The translations under genes were made by a program, and so were the position numbers. The notes under the pieces are model-generated. The model ran no database searches and had not been told where the DNA came from. It was given only the letters and a program-made list of their open reading frames with translations. DNA of 63,934 bases, filler included, from Octopus bimaculoides (lineage: Eukaryota): NCBI RefSeq assembly GCF_001194135.2. It is 7 parts of 6 records of this genome, joined end to end, with 100 filler letters (N's around TTAATTAATTAA, not from the genome) between each part and the next. Parts side by side here need not be neighbours in the genome. Positions count along the whole stretch, not along the records: positions 1 to 20,181 come from NC_068987.1; 6 more parts are not named here. The stretch is one strand, 5' to 3'. Below are positions 1 to 13,489 of this stretch, in pieces. How positions within the stretch are numbered: the stretch's first letter is position 1; every line of letters begins with the position of its first letter.

Positions 1-127
1 TATATATATATGCACGTGGGAATGTATGTATACATATGTGCATGCGTCTAAGAGAGTGTATGTATGCCCAACCTCGTGACATGTACTCAGTATGAGTAAT
101 AAATAGCAATTCTTCGTTCGAAGACAG

Positions 128-740
128 CACGGACTCGGGTTTCTGGGTATTTACCCTTCGTGAGCGTACGACAATCACCGATCTTCGATGCGAAGGGCTC
201 CCAATGCAAATACTTATATTTACCCAGAAACCCGCATGGGTGCGTATCACGTTAGATCGATGATGGGAAGGATGACTTCCCTTTGCACAAACCGACAGGG
301 CACAGAAAGTGTGACAATAGCCAGCTGGATGAGATGTTCTCCTGGGTCTTAGCCGCAGTTAAGTGGAAAATATACTTCACGTTGTCATGCTGCTACTGTT
401 TACACCTGATTCAGAGATTTATTATTGCTTGTTTACACTTTTTTGAGATCAGTGAATTTTCGTCACTGCAAAAAAGATATATGTATTTGCATTGGGACCC
501 CTTTGCATCGAAGGTCGGTGATTGTCGTACGCTGACGAAGGGTAAATACCCGGAAACCCGGGTCCGTGCGTATCACGTCAGATCGACGATGCGAAGGATG
601 CCATCTCTTTCCAAAACCCCACAGGGTACAGAAAATGTGGCAATAGCCAACTGGAGGAGATGTTCTCCTGGGGCTACAAGCTGCAGTAGCATTCACATTT
701 AGGGGTTAGCTGCATTTAAGTGGCACATATACTTCAGAAA
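128..740. repeat. Unclassified interspersed repeat, rearranged as inverted plus direct partial copies, ending in an (ATT)n tract
   Basis: 128-213 is the reverse complement of ~483-569, and ~218-380 is a direct diverged copy of ~543-736. The unit ends cttcagaaaga-attattatt. Confidence 0.7.
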
Positions 741-803
741 GAATTATTATTGTTATTATTATCATTATTATTATTACTATTATTATTATTATTATTTTTA
801 TTT

Positions 804-838
<35 letters not shown>

Positions 839-844
839 TAAATA

Positions 845-1540
845 ACAAGTAACTGTAGAAAATGTGGAGATGGACAAGAAACAATAAATCATATTATCTC
901 TGGCTGCCCAGTCCTGGCTAAGAAGGAATATATTCACAGACACAACAGAGCTGGGACCTATATACACTGGAAGCTATGCCAAGACTATGGAATAACAACG
1001 GAAAAAAGATGGTATAAACACACGCCAGAAAAGGTCACAGAAAACGAGAAAGCAACCATACTCTGGGATATGCCAATACACACAGATAGAGAAATTAAGG
1101 CAAATAGATCAGATATAGTTGTCAAATATCATGAAGAAAAAAAATGCTTTCTAATTGATGTATCAATACCAGCAGATGACAACGTTTCTCGAAAAGAAAT
1201 GGAAAACTTTCAAAATACAAAGACCTGGAAATAGAGGTAACTCAAATGTGGGATCTAAAAACAGAAACAATTCCTATCATAGTAGGTGCGTTAGTTATAA
1301 TAAAAAAATATTCAGACAAATACATAACAAAAACACCAGGACTTACAAATATATATAACATACAGACAATTGCACTACTGGGTACTGCACACATTCTACG
1401 CAAAACACTTTCAATACAGTAAACATAAGAGCCCCACAGCAAACCACAGCACATACCCAAGGCGCACAGAGCTGCGCTCGGTAGTGAAGTGAAAGCACGT
1501 TATAAAAATAAAACTACTGAACAATAATAATAATAATATG
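845..1540 (+). mobile_element. 5'-truncated R4/Dong-like non-LTR retrotransposon (CCHC knuckle + restriction-like endonuclease), one frameshift
   Basis: Manual translation NCRKCGDGQETINHIISGCPVLAKKEYIHRHN...LWDMPIHTDREIKANRSDIVV...FLIDVSIP..., frameshift near 1205, then KYKDLEIEVTQMW...LLGTAHILRKTLSIQ* (stop at 1420-1422). Flanked by (AAT)n on both sides. Confidence 0.9.
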
Positions 1541-1547
1541 AATGCAG

Positions 1548-1760
1548 CGAGCTGGTAGAATTGTTAGTACACTGGTCGTAATGCTTAGCGATATTTCGTC
1601 TGCCGCTACATTCTGAGTTCAAATTCCACCGAGGTCACTTTTTGTATATCATCCTTTCGGGATCTATAAATTAAGTACTAGTGAAACACTGAGGTCGTTG
1701 TGATCGACAAATACTCTCCTCCTCCCCAAATGCCTGCCTTTGTGGCAAAATTTAAAACCA
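1548..1760 (+). mobile_element. SINE family A copy (gcgagctggcagaa head; gaggtcgactttgcctttcatcctttcggg core), decayed
   Basis: B-box-like gagttcaaattcc and core shared with more than 12 copies in the window. Confidence 0.8.
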
Positions 1761-1984
1761 TTATCATTGTTATTTTCATTATCATCTTTCATTTGTTTCC
1801 TTTTCTTGTCGAATGTCTTCCTGAAACGCACTGTATATATTGGTAGGTCATTAAAATAAACACACTATATCGTTCATTTACAAAGTAATGTGATAGAGAA
1901 AAAGTGAAAGAAAGATAGAGGGAAAAGGAAAAAAATAAAACATATAAATGTAGCCAAAGGAAATAAAGGGGAAGAAAAGAAGGA

Positions 1985-2488
1985 AATTCACAGATACCAT
2001 GTTCATCTCAATACAATGTATCCGTGAAGACAGTTTTTTGCACTTCTTGCATGGGATAATTCTTAAATAATTTTCAATTCCTTTTTTGATAATTTCAATT
2101 GCCCCTACTATCTCTGGTATTGTAAACGTCTTGAGATGCCACATCTTTTCGATTTCGGTAAGCAAATCTTCATATTTTCTGAGCTTATCAAATTCTTTTG
2201 TTGAGATATTATGGTCCCAGGGTATACTCATGTCAATCAATAAACAACCTTCATTGTTTGGATCTTTCACCACAATATCTGGTCTATTAGCTTTGATGGT
2301 TCGGTCTGTATGTACTGGGATGTCCAAATAGTTAAATTTTCTCCCTCAGTTATAGCCTCAGGGTGGTGCTTGTACCATTTGTCAGCAGTTTCGATTTGAT
2401 AATGCCGACACATTATCCAATGCCAACTCAGTCTTGTCTTTGTATTCTGCAGGTGTGCAAAAATTACACCCTGAGATTAAATGTATTA

Positions 2489-2490
<2 letters not shown>
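1985..2490 (-). mobile_element. R4/Dong-like RLE LINE fragment, second subfamily
   Basis: ORF 1878-2327: DIPVHTDRTIKANRPDIVVKD...LLIDMSIPWD...KYEDLLTEIEKMWHLKT. Upstream HLISGC knuckle remnant abuts (AAT)n on the sense strand. Confidence 0.88.
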
Positions 2491-2543
<53 letters not shown>

Positions 2544-3395
2544 CATCATCATCATCGTTGCTGTTGTTGTTGTTGTTGTTGTTGTTATGCTTAGCGTCAT
2601 TTTGTACGTCCTTACATTCTGCTGTGGTTTTCCTTACCTATCATCCATTAAGTGCTCAATTTGCACTTAATAAATTCCAGTTGAGTACTGGCAGTCGACT
2701 TACCTCCTCCTCCGAAATTGCTAGTCTTACGCCCAAATTTGTAACTAATATTATATCATTAAGACGAGCAGGGAGAATTGTTAACATGCCTTTTGTAACA
2801 CGCAGAAATAATTTTTATTATAGCTCCTTTTGTTATAGTTGTTTAATCAGATAAGTAATTATTTATCAACGCTATTCCCCCAAAATCAGTAGTATTTCCA
2901 ACGATTTTCTTTGCTTTCTCACATTTTATACACGTTCGCTTTGATGGAGTTATGCTTGTTTGCTTATGCATATGTATATCCTTTTTTTATTGCATGCCTA
3001 TGTTATGCATGTGTCTGCTGAATTGTATTTGGTATTCACTGTTGGTGTTAGTTCACGCTTATATATTATCGTGCTTATATCTGCAGTGTTACGTCTATCT
3101 TGGAACAATAGCGTCCGTAGTCCATTTATCCATTAGAATTTCAAGATTTGCGCTTTTATTAACCGGAATCAATGATTGTAATGTCATGCTTTTTGCACGC
3201 TTTGCAGCATGTGACAATGGATCATGAGAATGTTGACATCACTATTAATATCGTCATTTTCGGTTGTCAGAATCATCGAACACTTAAGTTCCCTTTCTGT
3301 GTTTATATCTCATATGAGATATCTATATTAACTTATTTTGCTTCTGTTGCACTATATACGATATTACTATGTATCAACTCATGATTTACTATCTA

Positions 3396-3607
3396 CAGAC
3401 TGTCCACAAAATCTGGGTACATGGAGTAAATAAAATCATAACATAATCATTTAAATATAATAAATAATAATTTCATAAAGTATGTGTTAATCCCCATGTG
3501 AGTACACGGAGTAAATAAAATCATAGCATAAACAATTAAATATAAGAAATAATAATTTATTAAAGTATGTGCTAATCCACATGTATCCAGACTTTGTGGA
3601 CACTCTG
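3396..3607. mobile_element. Tc1/mariner-type MITE with an internal ~80 bp tandem duplication
   Basis: TIRs cagactgtccacaaaatctgggtacatg / catgtatccagactttgtggacactctg, with TA on both sides (3394-3395, 3608-3609). Confidence 0.85.
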
Positions 3608-6224
3608 TAGTTTTGTTTCGTGTTCGATTTTATATTGTGTTATAGTTGCTTAATTTTGTACATACAAGGTTAGACGAGAAGAAAATCTGATACATTTATG
3701 TCACCTGTAACGGTTTGAATCACAAATTTTACGACCCACTTGTTTAATCTGAATTATTTTACATTAAAAATTCGATTTACATCATGCAAATAAAAAAAAA
3801 AAATCTATTTCCGTATTGAGCTTGATTTCATCTTGGTTTGTTGGTTTTCGTTAAATATTCTATGCGGTTTGATACATGCTGTGTTTAGGTTTATATGTTT
3901 AATAATATAAAGTTCTGTAATCACAAAACGTGTGGTTTTTGTCATAAGTAATTTCGGTTTGAATATTGTTCAGGGAAATGATAATGTTGTATCTGTTTGA
4001 GTGCGTCATACTTGTATTTTTCTATTGTCTTGTCAAGTAATCTGTTAGCAAGGCTCTTATCAGCTGATGTTTCTGTACACATAAGAGTTCCTCATTTTGT
4101 TAGGTAAACGGACATGAATGATACGGCTCAGAATAGATTCCACTACAGATTTTGCATCAACTCAGTCACCATGCAAATATAAGGATTTGCTTGAGTTTTG
4201 TTTTGATGTACAATGAATATAGCAAATATATTCACCCTTGCAACAACCTATAGTTCGATTATAAATATACGGACTAACTGATTTTCAACATCTTCAAGTG
4301 AAGCTCACGGTCTGTCCGTATCCGTCACATTAAATATATCAAAACAAATGTTTCCAATAGTTTGCTTATGACTGGGGAAATTTTGATTTTGAGTAAAATA
4401 CCTCAAATGAGTAGGGAACCCACAGCCACTCCCTTTGCTTAAATTAGGTCGTGGACAAGAGAACGGGACCTGAATGTGCCAGTCAAATTGTTTAGAGGAA
4501 GTGTATTATTATATCAGTTTACGCACGTTATTCAAGAATATACTTATAACTTCTAGCTTATTGTGTAGAGTAACACGTAAATAATAAAATGTTAACATGC
4601 ATATAAGTTTATTGCAACATTTCTCCGGATTAATCAGATCGTCGTATTTTACAATTTTGTTCTTTTTTTTATTTCGTGGAGTCTTTGAGCGATGCTCCAC
4701 GTGGATAGTTAGCAACATTAATTCATATGTACATACCTGTTTGCACACATACACAGACACACGCAGAAACATATCTATGGCTACACTGTGCTATGTTTCT
4801 TACTTTAGCCGAATGCTCTGTCATATCACATTTACAAGTGTCTACATATCATTATTTTTCAATTTGTGCTTTGTCTGTTGCTATTTTCATTTTTGTTTAT
4901 TCTCCATACAGTTGAACATCTCTCACAGTTTGTCATGAATTGTTTTAATACTATGAGTCACGAACGACCTTGAGATTACTTCTAATTCGAGTCTATATTT
5001 CATCTTTTCGTTTACGGAGGAAGTTGGTACCGATATTCAAGTTATGAGTTTGTTCTCTAGGAAATTACAAAAGTTTTAAACGTGTCGAATGTAATATTTT
5101 ACCATCGTATCGACTGAGAAGCTTCCATATATTTGGGTTTTTATTCGGTATGGTATCGAAGTCTGTACATTATCAAAAACTCTGGAGATATTATTAAGTA
5201 AACGCTCGTTACTTACTGCGTTATCTGTGTCTTATTTTAACTGGGGAATTTCCATTGACAAGTTATCTATATCTTAAGTCTTCGTGTCTGTTTTACATTC
5301 AATCTGCTTTACCGGAATTAAGATGTGCAGCGATTTTTTTTTTCTATTTCGTTGAAAAAGTTTATAATAGTGTAAATGACAAGCATCTTTCCTTTCAAAC
5401 ATGTTATATTAAAGACACGACTGTGTTCGAATCTATTCTTCCTTTTGAAGTATATATCACCTTCCCTTATTAGCCTTTAGTATTTAGTGAGGACAATAGT
5501 TCTCCTAAATCGATTGGTCCATCGAAGTCTCAAGTGCTTTCTGGTATCATCTTGAGAAGGAAGAGGTACTAATAACAGTGTTATATGCGAATGTCGTGGT
5601 AGGTAAATTAGGTATAGAGTTAGAACTAATAAACTTGTCACAGCCGAACTTATAAATTCGGCAATAGGTAATTCCTGATAGATTTCTCGATATGTTTAAC
5701 TTTGATGCATTTGTGCATCGGGGTCGATAAAATAAGTACCATCTGTATGCTGGGTTGATCTAATTGACTTACCTCTCCCCTGAACTTGTTGGCTATGTGC
5801 CAAAATTTGAAATCATCATTATTATTTTTAGTTTTGTGTCTTGCTCATTTTAATCCCTCGATAGTTATTTTCATTTTTTGAATAATTCTATAAAATGTTG
5901 CTGAATCCCCTCTTATAATTTTAATAGTTTTACGCTTTTGCAATAGCTCCTTTCAAATATATGTTCAATAAAATATATGATGTGTAACAGTGTTGCCGAG
6001 ATCTTCACAGCATACTGTAAAGTGCGTGAATAATTTCTCATTAGCGCCATAAGTTCATTCTAATGATAAGGTACTACATGTATTGAAAATGTAATGGATA
6101 ATCGGAATTAAAATATCAACGTTCTGCACTAAAAATAAAGGACTAATTCAGAAATATGAAAAATCCTTCCTAGTATCACTAAACACGAACATATGTATAT
6201 AACATATTTGAAAGTGAAAGCAAA

Positions 6225-6517
6225 TGACTTAATGGTTACGGCATTCGGCTCACAATCGTAAATACATGATTTCGAGTTCCATCAACGCGTTGTATCCTTG
6301 AACCATACGCTTTAATCCACGTTCATTTAGTTCACTCAACTAGCAAAAATGAGTTGTACCAGTAATCCAAAGGGGCCAACCTTGTCACCTTCTGTGTCAT
6401 ACTCATTCTCAGAACTACAGAAATGCTACGTCTATCTGTGCTCAATCAATTGCACATTAGTAGCTTGTTCCGTTGATTAGGTCAATTGGAACACTCGTCG
6501 TCGTACTAGAGTGCCAG
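6225..6517 (+). mobile_element. tRNA-derived SINE family C copy (gtatccttgaac...acttta core)
   Basis: Homologous to 18518-18777, with A/B-box-like head and shared 3' end gtcgt...gagtgccagt. Confidence 0.75.
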
Positions 6518-6574
6518 TTCTCTTAGAAAAAGGTTATGCACATGTACGTATGTGCGTCTTAGTGCTTGTGTGCC

Positions 6575-6629
<55 letters not shown>

Positions 6630-7156
6630 GTCTTCTGTCTGTTTGTCTATCTATCTCCATATATGTGTGTGTGTGTGTGTGTGGTGTGTGCACATGTGTG
6701 ACGATATTCAATTATGTGTGAAATAAATAGACATTTGAAAATATAATCCAGCTCCTTATTGAAACAAATGCAGAATATATTCTGCATATTTGTAGGACAC
6801 TCTCGAGTTCGTGGCAGTGAAAATATATGTTCATACAAAGAGGAGTGCCACATCATTCTACAAACAATGTTAATATTTATATACATAGTCTTTAGTTGGT
6901 GATGAGGTATGGTATCAGCACAAATATCCATTTCACAAACGCCAATTTTCCTCTTTACAAAACTTATTTCTATTAGTGGGATCCGTGAATATTTCACGGG
7001 TTTAATAGTAAGTCTATTGGATTATTCCTGAAAAATTAATCCAGAAAACCTGTGAGTGTAGATTGTGTTGTAGTTTTATCAAGCCATAGTCGGTCTTCTG
7101 CTATTCATTGAAAAGTGAAGGAAATTGGAATACGATGATTACTTAANNNNNNNNNN

Positions 7157-7194
<38 letters not shown>

Positions 7195-7955
7195 ACACAC
7201 ACACGAACATATATATATAGTTTATATACTTTATGATCAATTTTATAGACAACAATCATAAAATAACTATTCATTCTTATTTTTCTATTTTCCCTATAAA
7301 TAGAAAAGAATTACATTTAAAAATTTACAATCACAATTTCATATCAAGAAATCAAAATTTTTATAGTAAAAATATTTTCATACGTAAAATATAGGGGGTC
7401 ACAATTTCACGGGGGTAACAATTTAATGCAATAGTCTGAAAATCATATCGTTGGTAACTTATAGGCCAAAGTGACGGGTCAGAGCCAATACGCATTTCAA
7501 TTTGCGAACAACTTTCAATACAATACTTCTTTGCAGACTATGTTCATGTACGTACTTCCTCTTCGTTTCCCTTGTTTGTGAGTGATGATAACTCTCACAT
7601 CAGACCATTTGTGAGCCCTTGAGAATGCAACATATAACTGACCATGTATAAAAACTTAAGAATATGCTTAATAAGCTTAAGGATGTTCACCGTACATATG
7701 ACACCGTAAATAAGTGCGAATATTTCACGGAACTGCATTTATGCGCATGCGTTAAGTGAGAGGTTACTCAGTTCAATTTCACTATGCGCTCACAATCGCC
7801 CCACCCACACCATTTCTGTCTCTCTCTGCCTTTATTCCATCTCGCCATCAGAATATCACCCCTCTGCTAAAATTATACTAACTCTCCTCTATATCACAAC
7901 ATACAAATAATTTTTTAAACCATGTAATAAATATTACGTTTCCCCTACTACATGT

Positions 7956-8030
7956 CTCCTCTTTACTCTCTCCTCTTTACTCTCTCCTCTTTACTCTCTC
8001 CTCTTTACTCTCTCCTCTTTACTCTCTCCC
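7956..8030 (+). repeat. 14-bp minisatellite (ctcctctttactct) x ~5
   Basis: Directly visible tandem copies. Confidence 0.9.
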
Positions 8031-8916
8031 TCTTTTCTCTTTCTTTCTTTTTATCTTATCACGTGAAAGATTTACCGAAATGATACGCAGAATTATCATG
8101 AGATAATTGAAATTAATGTCAAAAAGGTGTTGATTTAAAGCTTCTTTCGCACAATGCATATCTCTTCACACGGTGCATATCAGCAATGAAATGATCACAC
8201 GAACCACTTCTTTGTTTCATTTAGGATGTACTATGTTCCTATATATTTTACGAACATCTGTGAGTTTTTAAATAAGTAAACTATATTAAATATAAGAAAG
8301 AATAATACAAACACAATAGCAACGTGCATAACAAAAAGTTAAGCAGGACGTGCAACAACTAAACAGTAGTACAAATATTGTAATTTGTTTTCATTGACAA
8401 AAATGAATATATATAATTGATGAAATATGTTTACCATATATCATGACTAATGCAACATTCATCACAATTAAGAAAGATAAATTCGTTCAACTAAAAATTA
8501 AACTAAATATATTACTGCCTCCAGCGCTAAAATACGCGTCATAATTTTCTAGTACATGGAACAATAATTTTAGCCTGCTTACATGAAAGACTTTATGCAC
8601 AGAAAAATCTTCCCACATTTTGTTAACACTCTGAAAATATGTTCGTCCCATAACCTAACAAATCACTATAACCAGCCATGGGCATCTTATAAGACTAGAT
8701 AGCATAGCTAAATTTATATCTGAAAATTACAGTTGACGAGCATCTGACGAATTCTTGGTATTTTAATCGAAAATGAATGAACTTAACATTTTCCTCGTTG
8801 AAAATAGACTACACGCACCATTCCAGTAATGGAAACTATCGACATGCATCGTATAAAACCAGTTGGTATATAAAGAACTATCTTCAAAATTTTATGTTGC
8901 TTGGCTGAGCAGAGGT

Positions 8917-9133
8917 ACCTTTCAATATTGCAGATGATCGGAGGTGTATGGGTTCTCCAACCAAGGAGACATTCATACCGATGTACATGGTTAAATTCGA
9001 AGTTAGAATCATTCCCCCATTTCTCTTTCCCATTAGGCAATCTCTCTCCAAATTTTTTCTGGCAACGATTATCCAACCACATTTTGAACATGAAAGGATA
9101 AAAAAACAAAACCGGGATTTGAACTAACAATAA
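8917..9133 (-). other. Candidate exon encoding a partial Sushi/CCP-like motif (unverified)
   Basis: Within ORF 8783-9205: CQKKFGERLPNG...FEFNHVHRYECLLGWRTHTPPIIC, with possible acceptor ttattgttag and donor gaaag|gtacct. The CCP Trp and fourth Cys are missing. Confidence 0.25.
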
Positions 9134-11137
9134 AATGCATTGCATCGAATATTCTAAGATTTTTTTTTTTTTTTTAGTGCTATAAGCATTCTTGATATCG
9201 ACCAAATTGTAGAGTATATAACAATTTCTATGAACTAATGAGAAATTCTATTTATTCACATGAGATTCTATACTGGTGATTATTTGCTGCATCTAATTTC
9301 CAAACTTAGGAATGACCAATATAGGTTGTTCTTTCGGAAATCTACAGAAAATCAGAAAACTTTGAAAAATACTGTAATTAATTCTGATCCATTCTCTTCG
9401 AGGTATATGAAATAGATTATATATGTATAGGTACACCGTTGGAAATACTGAAATAACAACCAGAATAATTCTTTTCTATGTTAGATACAAGGCCGGTAGT
9501 TTTGAATGTAGGAATCAAACCTGATTGGCTCTTTATTTCGTCGACGCCAGATGGATGAAAAGCAACGTTGAACACGGTAGGAATTGAAGTTAGTACACAA
9601 AGACTCGGAAAAAGGACGTCAAAGCAGTTTGTACGACACTGAAATGATTCTGTCAAATTATTGCCCTTACTACTCCATTAGACAATGAATTCCTAGATTT
9701 AATCTTCAGTAAACAATGATCATTTTGCCAAGGGAAGGGAACTTGCATCTTTTTTATATATTCAAGTAACAAAATCATCAATAGCGTATAATGATTAGGA
9801 CAATGAAGGATTATTTATATGAACACGTTTACAAAGTGTTTGTAAACAAATACTTTATATTTCACTTGCTGAATCGGTACAATAATACATACAATACGAA
9901 TGGGATACATATAACCCACGAATGTAAAATCTTCAGCAATCATAATTTAGGATGTTTTCTCGTACGTCTTTTAATCGAATTTGTTATGCTTCTAAATGTA
10001 AACTGGAAAACCAACATTAGGTCCGCGGTGATATATTTTCCTGAAACAGAAGCATAATACGCTGTCTTGACATGAGGAACACTTGACCTAAGTATTTTTG
10101 CCTGTCATTTATACATATCCTTAATCTGCTTTGTTCTATCGAATCATTTAGGTGTGGTTCTACAGTTAACAATATATGTGGTCTTGCGTTCAAACTGCTA
10201 CGCCAGATGTGCAGAACATAGACTTTGCTATACTATCTGGTCGACCAAATCATTTTGAATGAAATTTATTGAAGAGAAAATGCTGCTCAGAAGGACACTT
10301 GCTATTCTTGTGCAGCAGAATGAACATGTCACTCGGTTTATCATCAACATAACTTTTGGCAGCTTCGGCGAATCTACTATCTTACAAGTATTCTTGCGAG
10401 ATTTCCAGTTTGATTATAACCATTTTAAACCTCACGTTAGACTTGATTTCAATGAACGTGTGCTGAAATAACACAGCAAGTTCGAAAAATTCATTAAATT
10501 GTACAGAGGAAGATTTACATTGTGGCACAAATTTTTTCACAATCGATGGAGAAAGGCTATATTCAATCTAGCCTTTAATTTACTGAATAACTTTATGTAT
10601 AAACAGGTTAGTAGTCTACATTATCGTAATAATGTGGATTTTAAATATATACGAAATTCATAATCTTTACCATTTAACTTCATCACATTGAAATATGACT
10701 TGAAAAGCATTGAAATTATTGCCATGATGCGGGAGCCATTCCTTCGAAACTGGGATTGTAAGACGATTTAGGCTGCAATAAAGTTGGTTTGTAGCTGCAT
10801 AGAAAATTTTGCATAGAAAATTTTAATACCCTGGGCATTGTTGGATTGAACTATATACGCGACTTTCCCCGTCAGCTGGTTTAAAACCACCATCATGTAG
10901 CGTAACTGTCTTTCGCAGGGTCTACCCTGTTGTAAGCGCTTAGACCAGGCGACTGTTTTAAAGATATCTTCACCTTTGCTTACTTCCACGGACCTCGGAG
11001 ATTCCGTTGTGGTTTGAGGGCTTGGCAGCCATTCCGACAAAAAGATAAATCGCTATGAGTTATTTTAGATCATTATTGTCGCATTTCACACACACACATA
11101 CACACACACAAAAACACTCACATACCCAGCACACACA

Positions 11138-11213
<76 letters not shown>

Positions 11214-12006
11214 CTCACATACCCAGCACACACACCAAGCAGACACACCAAGCACACAAACATATTTAACAGGATCACTACCAAAATTTCGGTACAAAGA
11301 TACCGTGAATAGAAAATCATTTTTGAATAAATATTTTTATTATTTTTCATGTAATAACCTCACTCTAACTAATTTTATTCACAATTATCAGCACTTCAAA
11401 CATGTGCGAAACTACAAGGACACTTATGATTAATACTATTTAAGCAACGTATTCATGGATAGTTAATGGATTGGATGTGATACTGAAAAAAGATGCAAAT
11501 AACCTTTGAAATATGAAATACACTCATTACCAAATTTTCTACCTTTGATTGCATTATTTACACAGTCAAATTCGTAACTTTCATTGCTGTCTCTAAATTC
11601 TGTAAAAAATCTGTAAATATACACTAAGAAAAAAGGAAATGGAAACAGCGTACTGCTGATAGAATGTAGGACACAATATTGATGTATAAACATTTAATAA
11701 AGATCGTAGATTATTATGAATGCAAATCGAAATACAGTATACCTATCAGCAATAAATATGTACTTACCAGCGGTCAGGAAAATGTTTAATAAATAAAGCT
11801 GCTCTATCCAGTAGTGTTACACCAACTAAACTTAGCTATTATTTAAGCAGTATGTTTGTGGATAGTTAAGGGGTTGTAAGAGGTGCTGAAAAAGTTTTAA
11901 TAACTCCTGACATTTGCATGTACACTTATTACCTATTTTCTGTCTCCGATTACATCATAAGTTTCAGTGCTGTATCTGAGGCATATAGAGAATCATTTGA
12001 GATAGA

Positions 12007-12047
<41 letters not shown>

Positions 12048-12051
<4 letters not shown>

Positions 12052-12132
12052 GTAATTCTGCCTGTAAATACACACACACTCACTCACACACACACACACA
12101 CACACATAGACCTTATATATATATATATAAGG

Positions 12133-12168
<36 letters not shown>

Positions 12169-12203
12169 TGAGTGTGTGTGTATTTACAGGCAGAATTACG
12201 ACA
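12048..12203. repeat. Near-perfect palindrome centred on a (TA)n tract
   Basis: tgtcgtaattctgcctgtaaata...tagacctta / taaggtcta...tatttacaggcagaattacgaca. The arms differ only in CA repeat number (11 vs 15). Confidence 0.9.
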
Positions 12204-12525
12204 CGCTCATATACATACGTATACACGCATATGGATACACATATATATTACCATAATGCGTACACACACTTACAAGCATAGACACACACTCACACGCACA
12301 CACACACACACACATGAAAATAATGAAATATCAATGTTTCGAGCTGTTATATATTTACAAGACAGTTAATAACACTGACAGACTTAAACCTGAGAAAATA
12401 TCGAGTTTTTTTCCTACTTAATAGAATAGGATTCTCTAATTACCAATATCACACTTCATTTCAAATGTGTCGAAACTGTGGGCACTCACAGATATACACA
12501 CAACACCCATTGAATAACATACATT

Positions 12526-12604
<79 letters not shown>

Positions 12605-13274
12605 TTCTTTGAATCTCTATAAACAAAGACAACAGTTGTATTATGGATGTTTACGCATTCCGTATTCAGTCGTGTTTTTCTTGTTTCCTTTCAAATTTTA
12701 ACTTAAAGTAGCTGAAACAATTCTACTTCTAGAAAGAAATTGTGAGTCAATTTACAAAGGTCAATTTTTAAGTAACAACATCCTTACATAATGTTAGAAT
12801 TAGCTATATGAAATTCTTTATGTAAATGTCCGATGAATGTAAAAGAATTCAGTTTGAGTAAGAATTAGAACAACATCATTACATTGTCGAAAATAGCTAT
12901 GAATTATTATGTGTGACTGCACGTTTTCAGTTGTAATTCTAGTCTTAGTAACGAAGTCTAAGAATATACTTTAATGAATTAAGACTTGACTCTATTACAT
13001 TGTATCTGCGGTGATATAAACAAATAGCAGTTTGTTGTAAGCTTCGGCTATGTCTCTTGATTGACAACACCGTTGTCCGTCTCTCTCCCACCAGTATCGG
13101 ATGCCCTATAAATGGTCATACGCACATTTTTTTGTCTCTGAGAAAAGATAAAATAGAAACAAAAGCGATAACCGAAAATGCCTTGTAAGTGCGTATGGTC
13201 GATAAAATCTGTGGAATCGTATTACGAATACACATGTGCATGTATGTGTGTGTGTAAATATACATACTTATATA

Positions 13275-13306
<32 letters not shown>

Positions 13307-13489
13307 NNNNNNNNNNNNNNNNNNNNNNNNNNNNNNNNNNNNNNNNNNNNNNNNNNNNNNNNNNNNNNNNNNNNNNNNNNNNNNNNNNNNNNNNNNNNNN
13401 NNNNNNNNNNNNNNATATGTATATGTACGTACATACATAGATCCATACACACACACACACATATAAAATAAAGATAAGGTCGGTCTATA

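Noticed and set aside
2363-2854. Poly-Leu/Ile/Tyr/Asn/His-Thr ORFs throughout the track
   Set aside because: Translations of (ATT)n, (CA)n, (TA)n, (GA)n and (TCTA)n microsatellites.
6730-8200. Possible further Helitron or DNA-transposon body
   Set aside because: It looks repeat-like, but I could not find termini, TSDs or a second copy to support a call.
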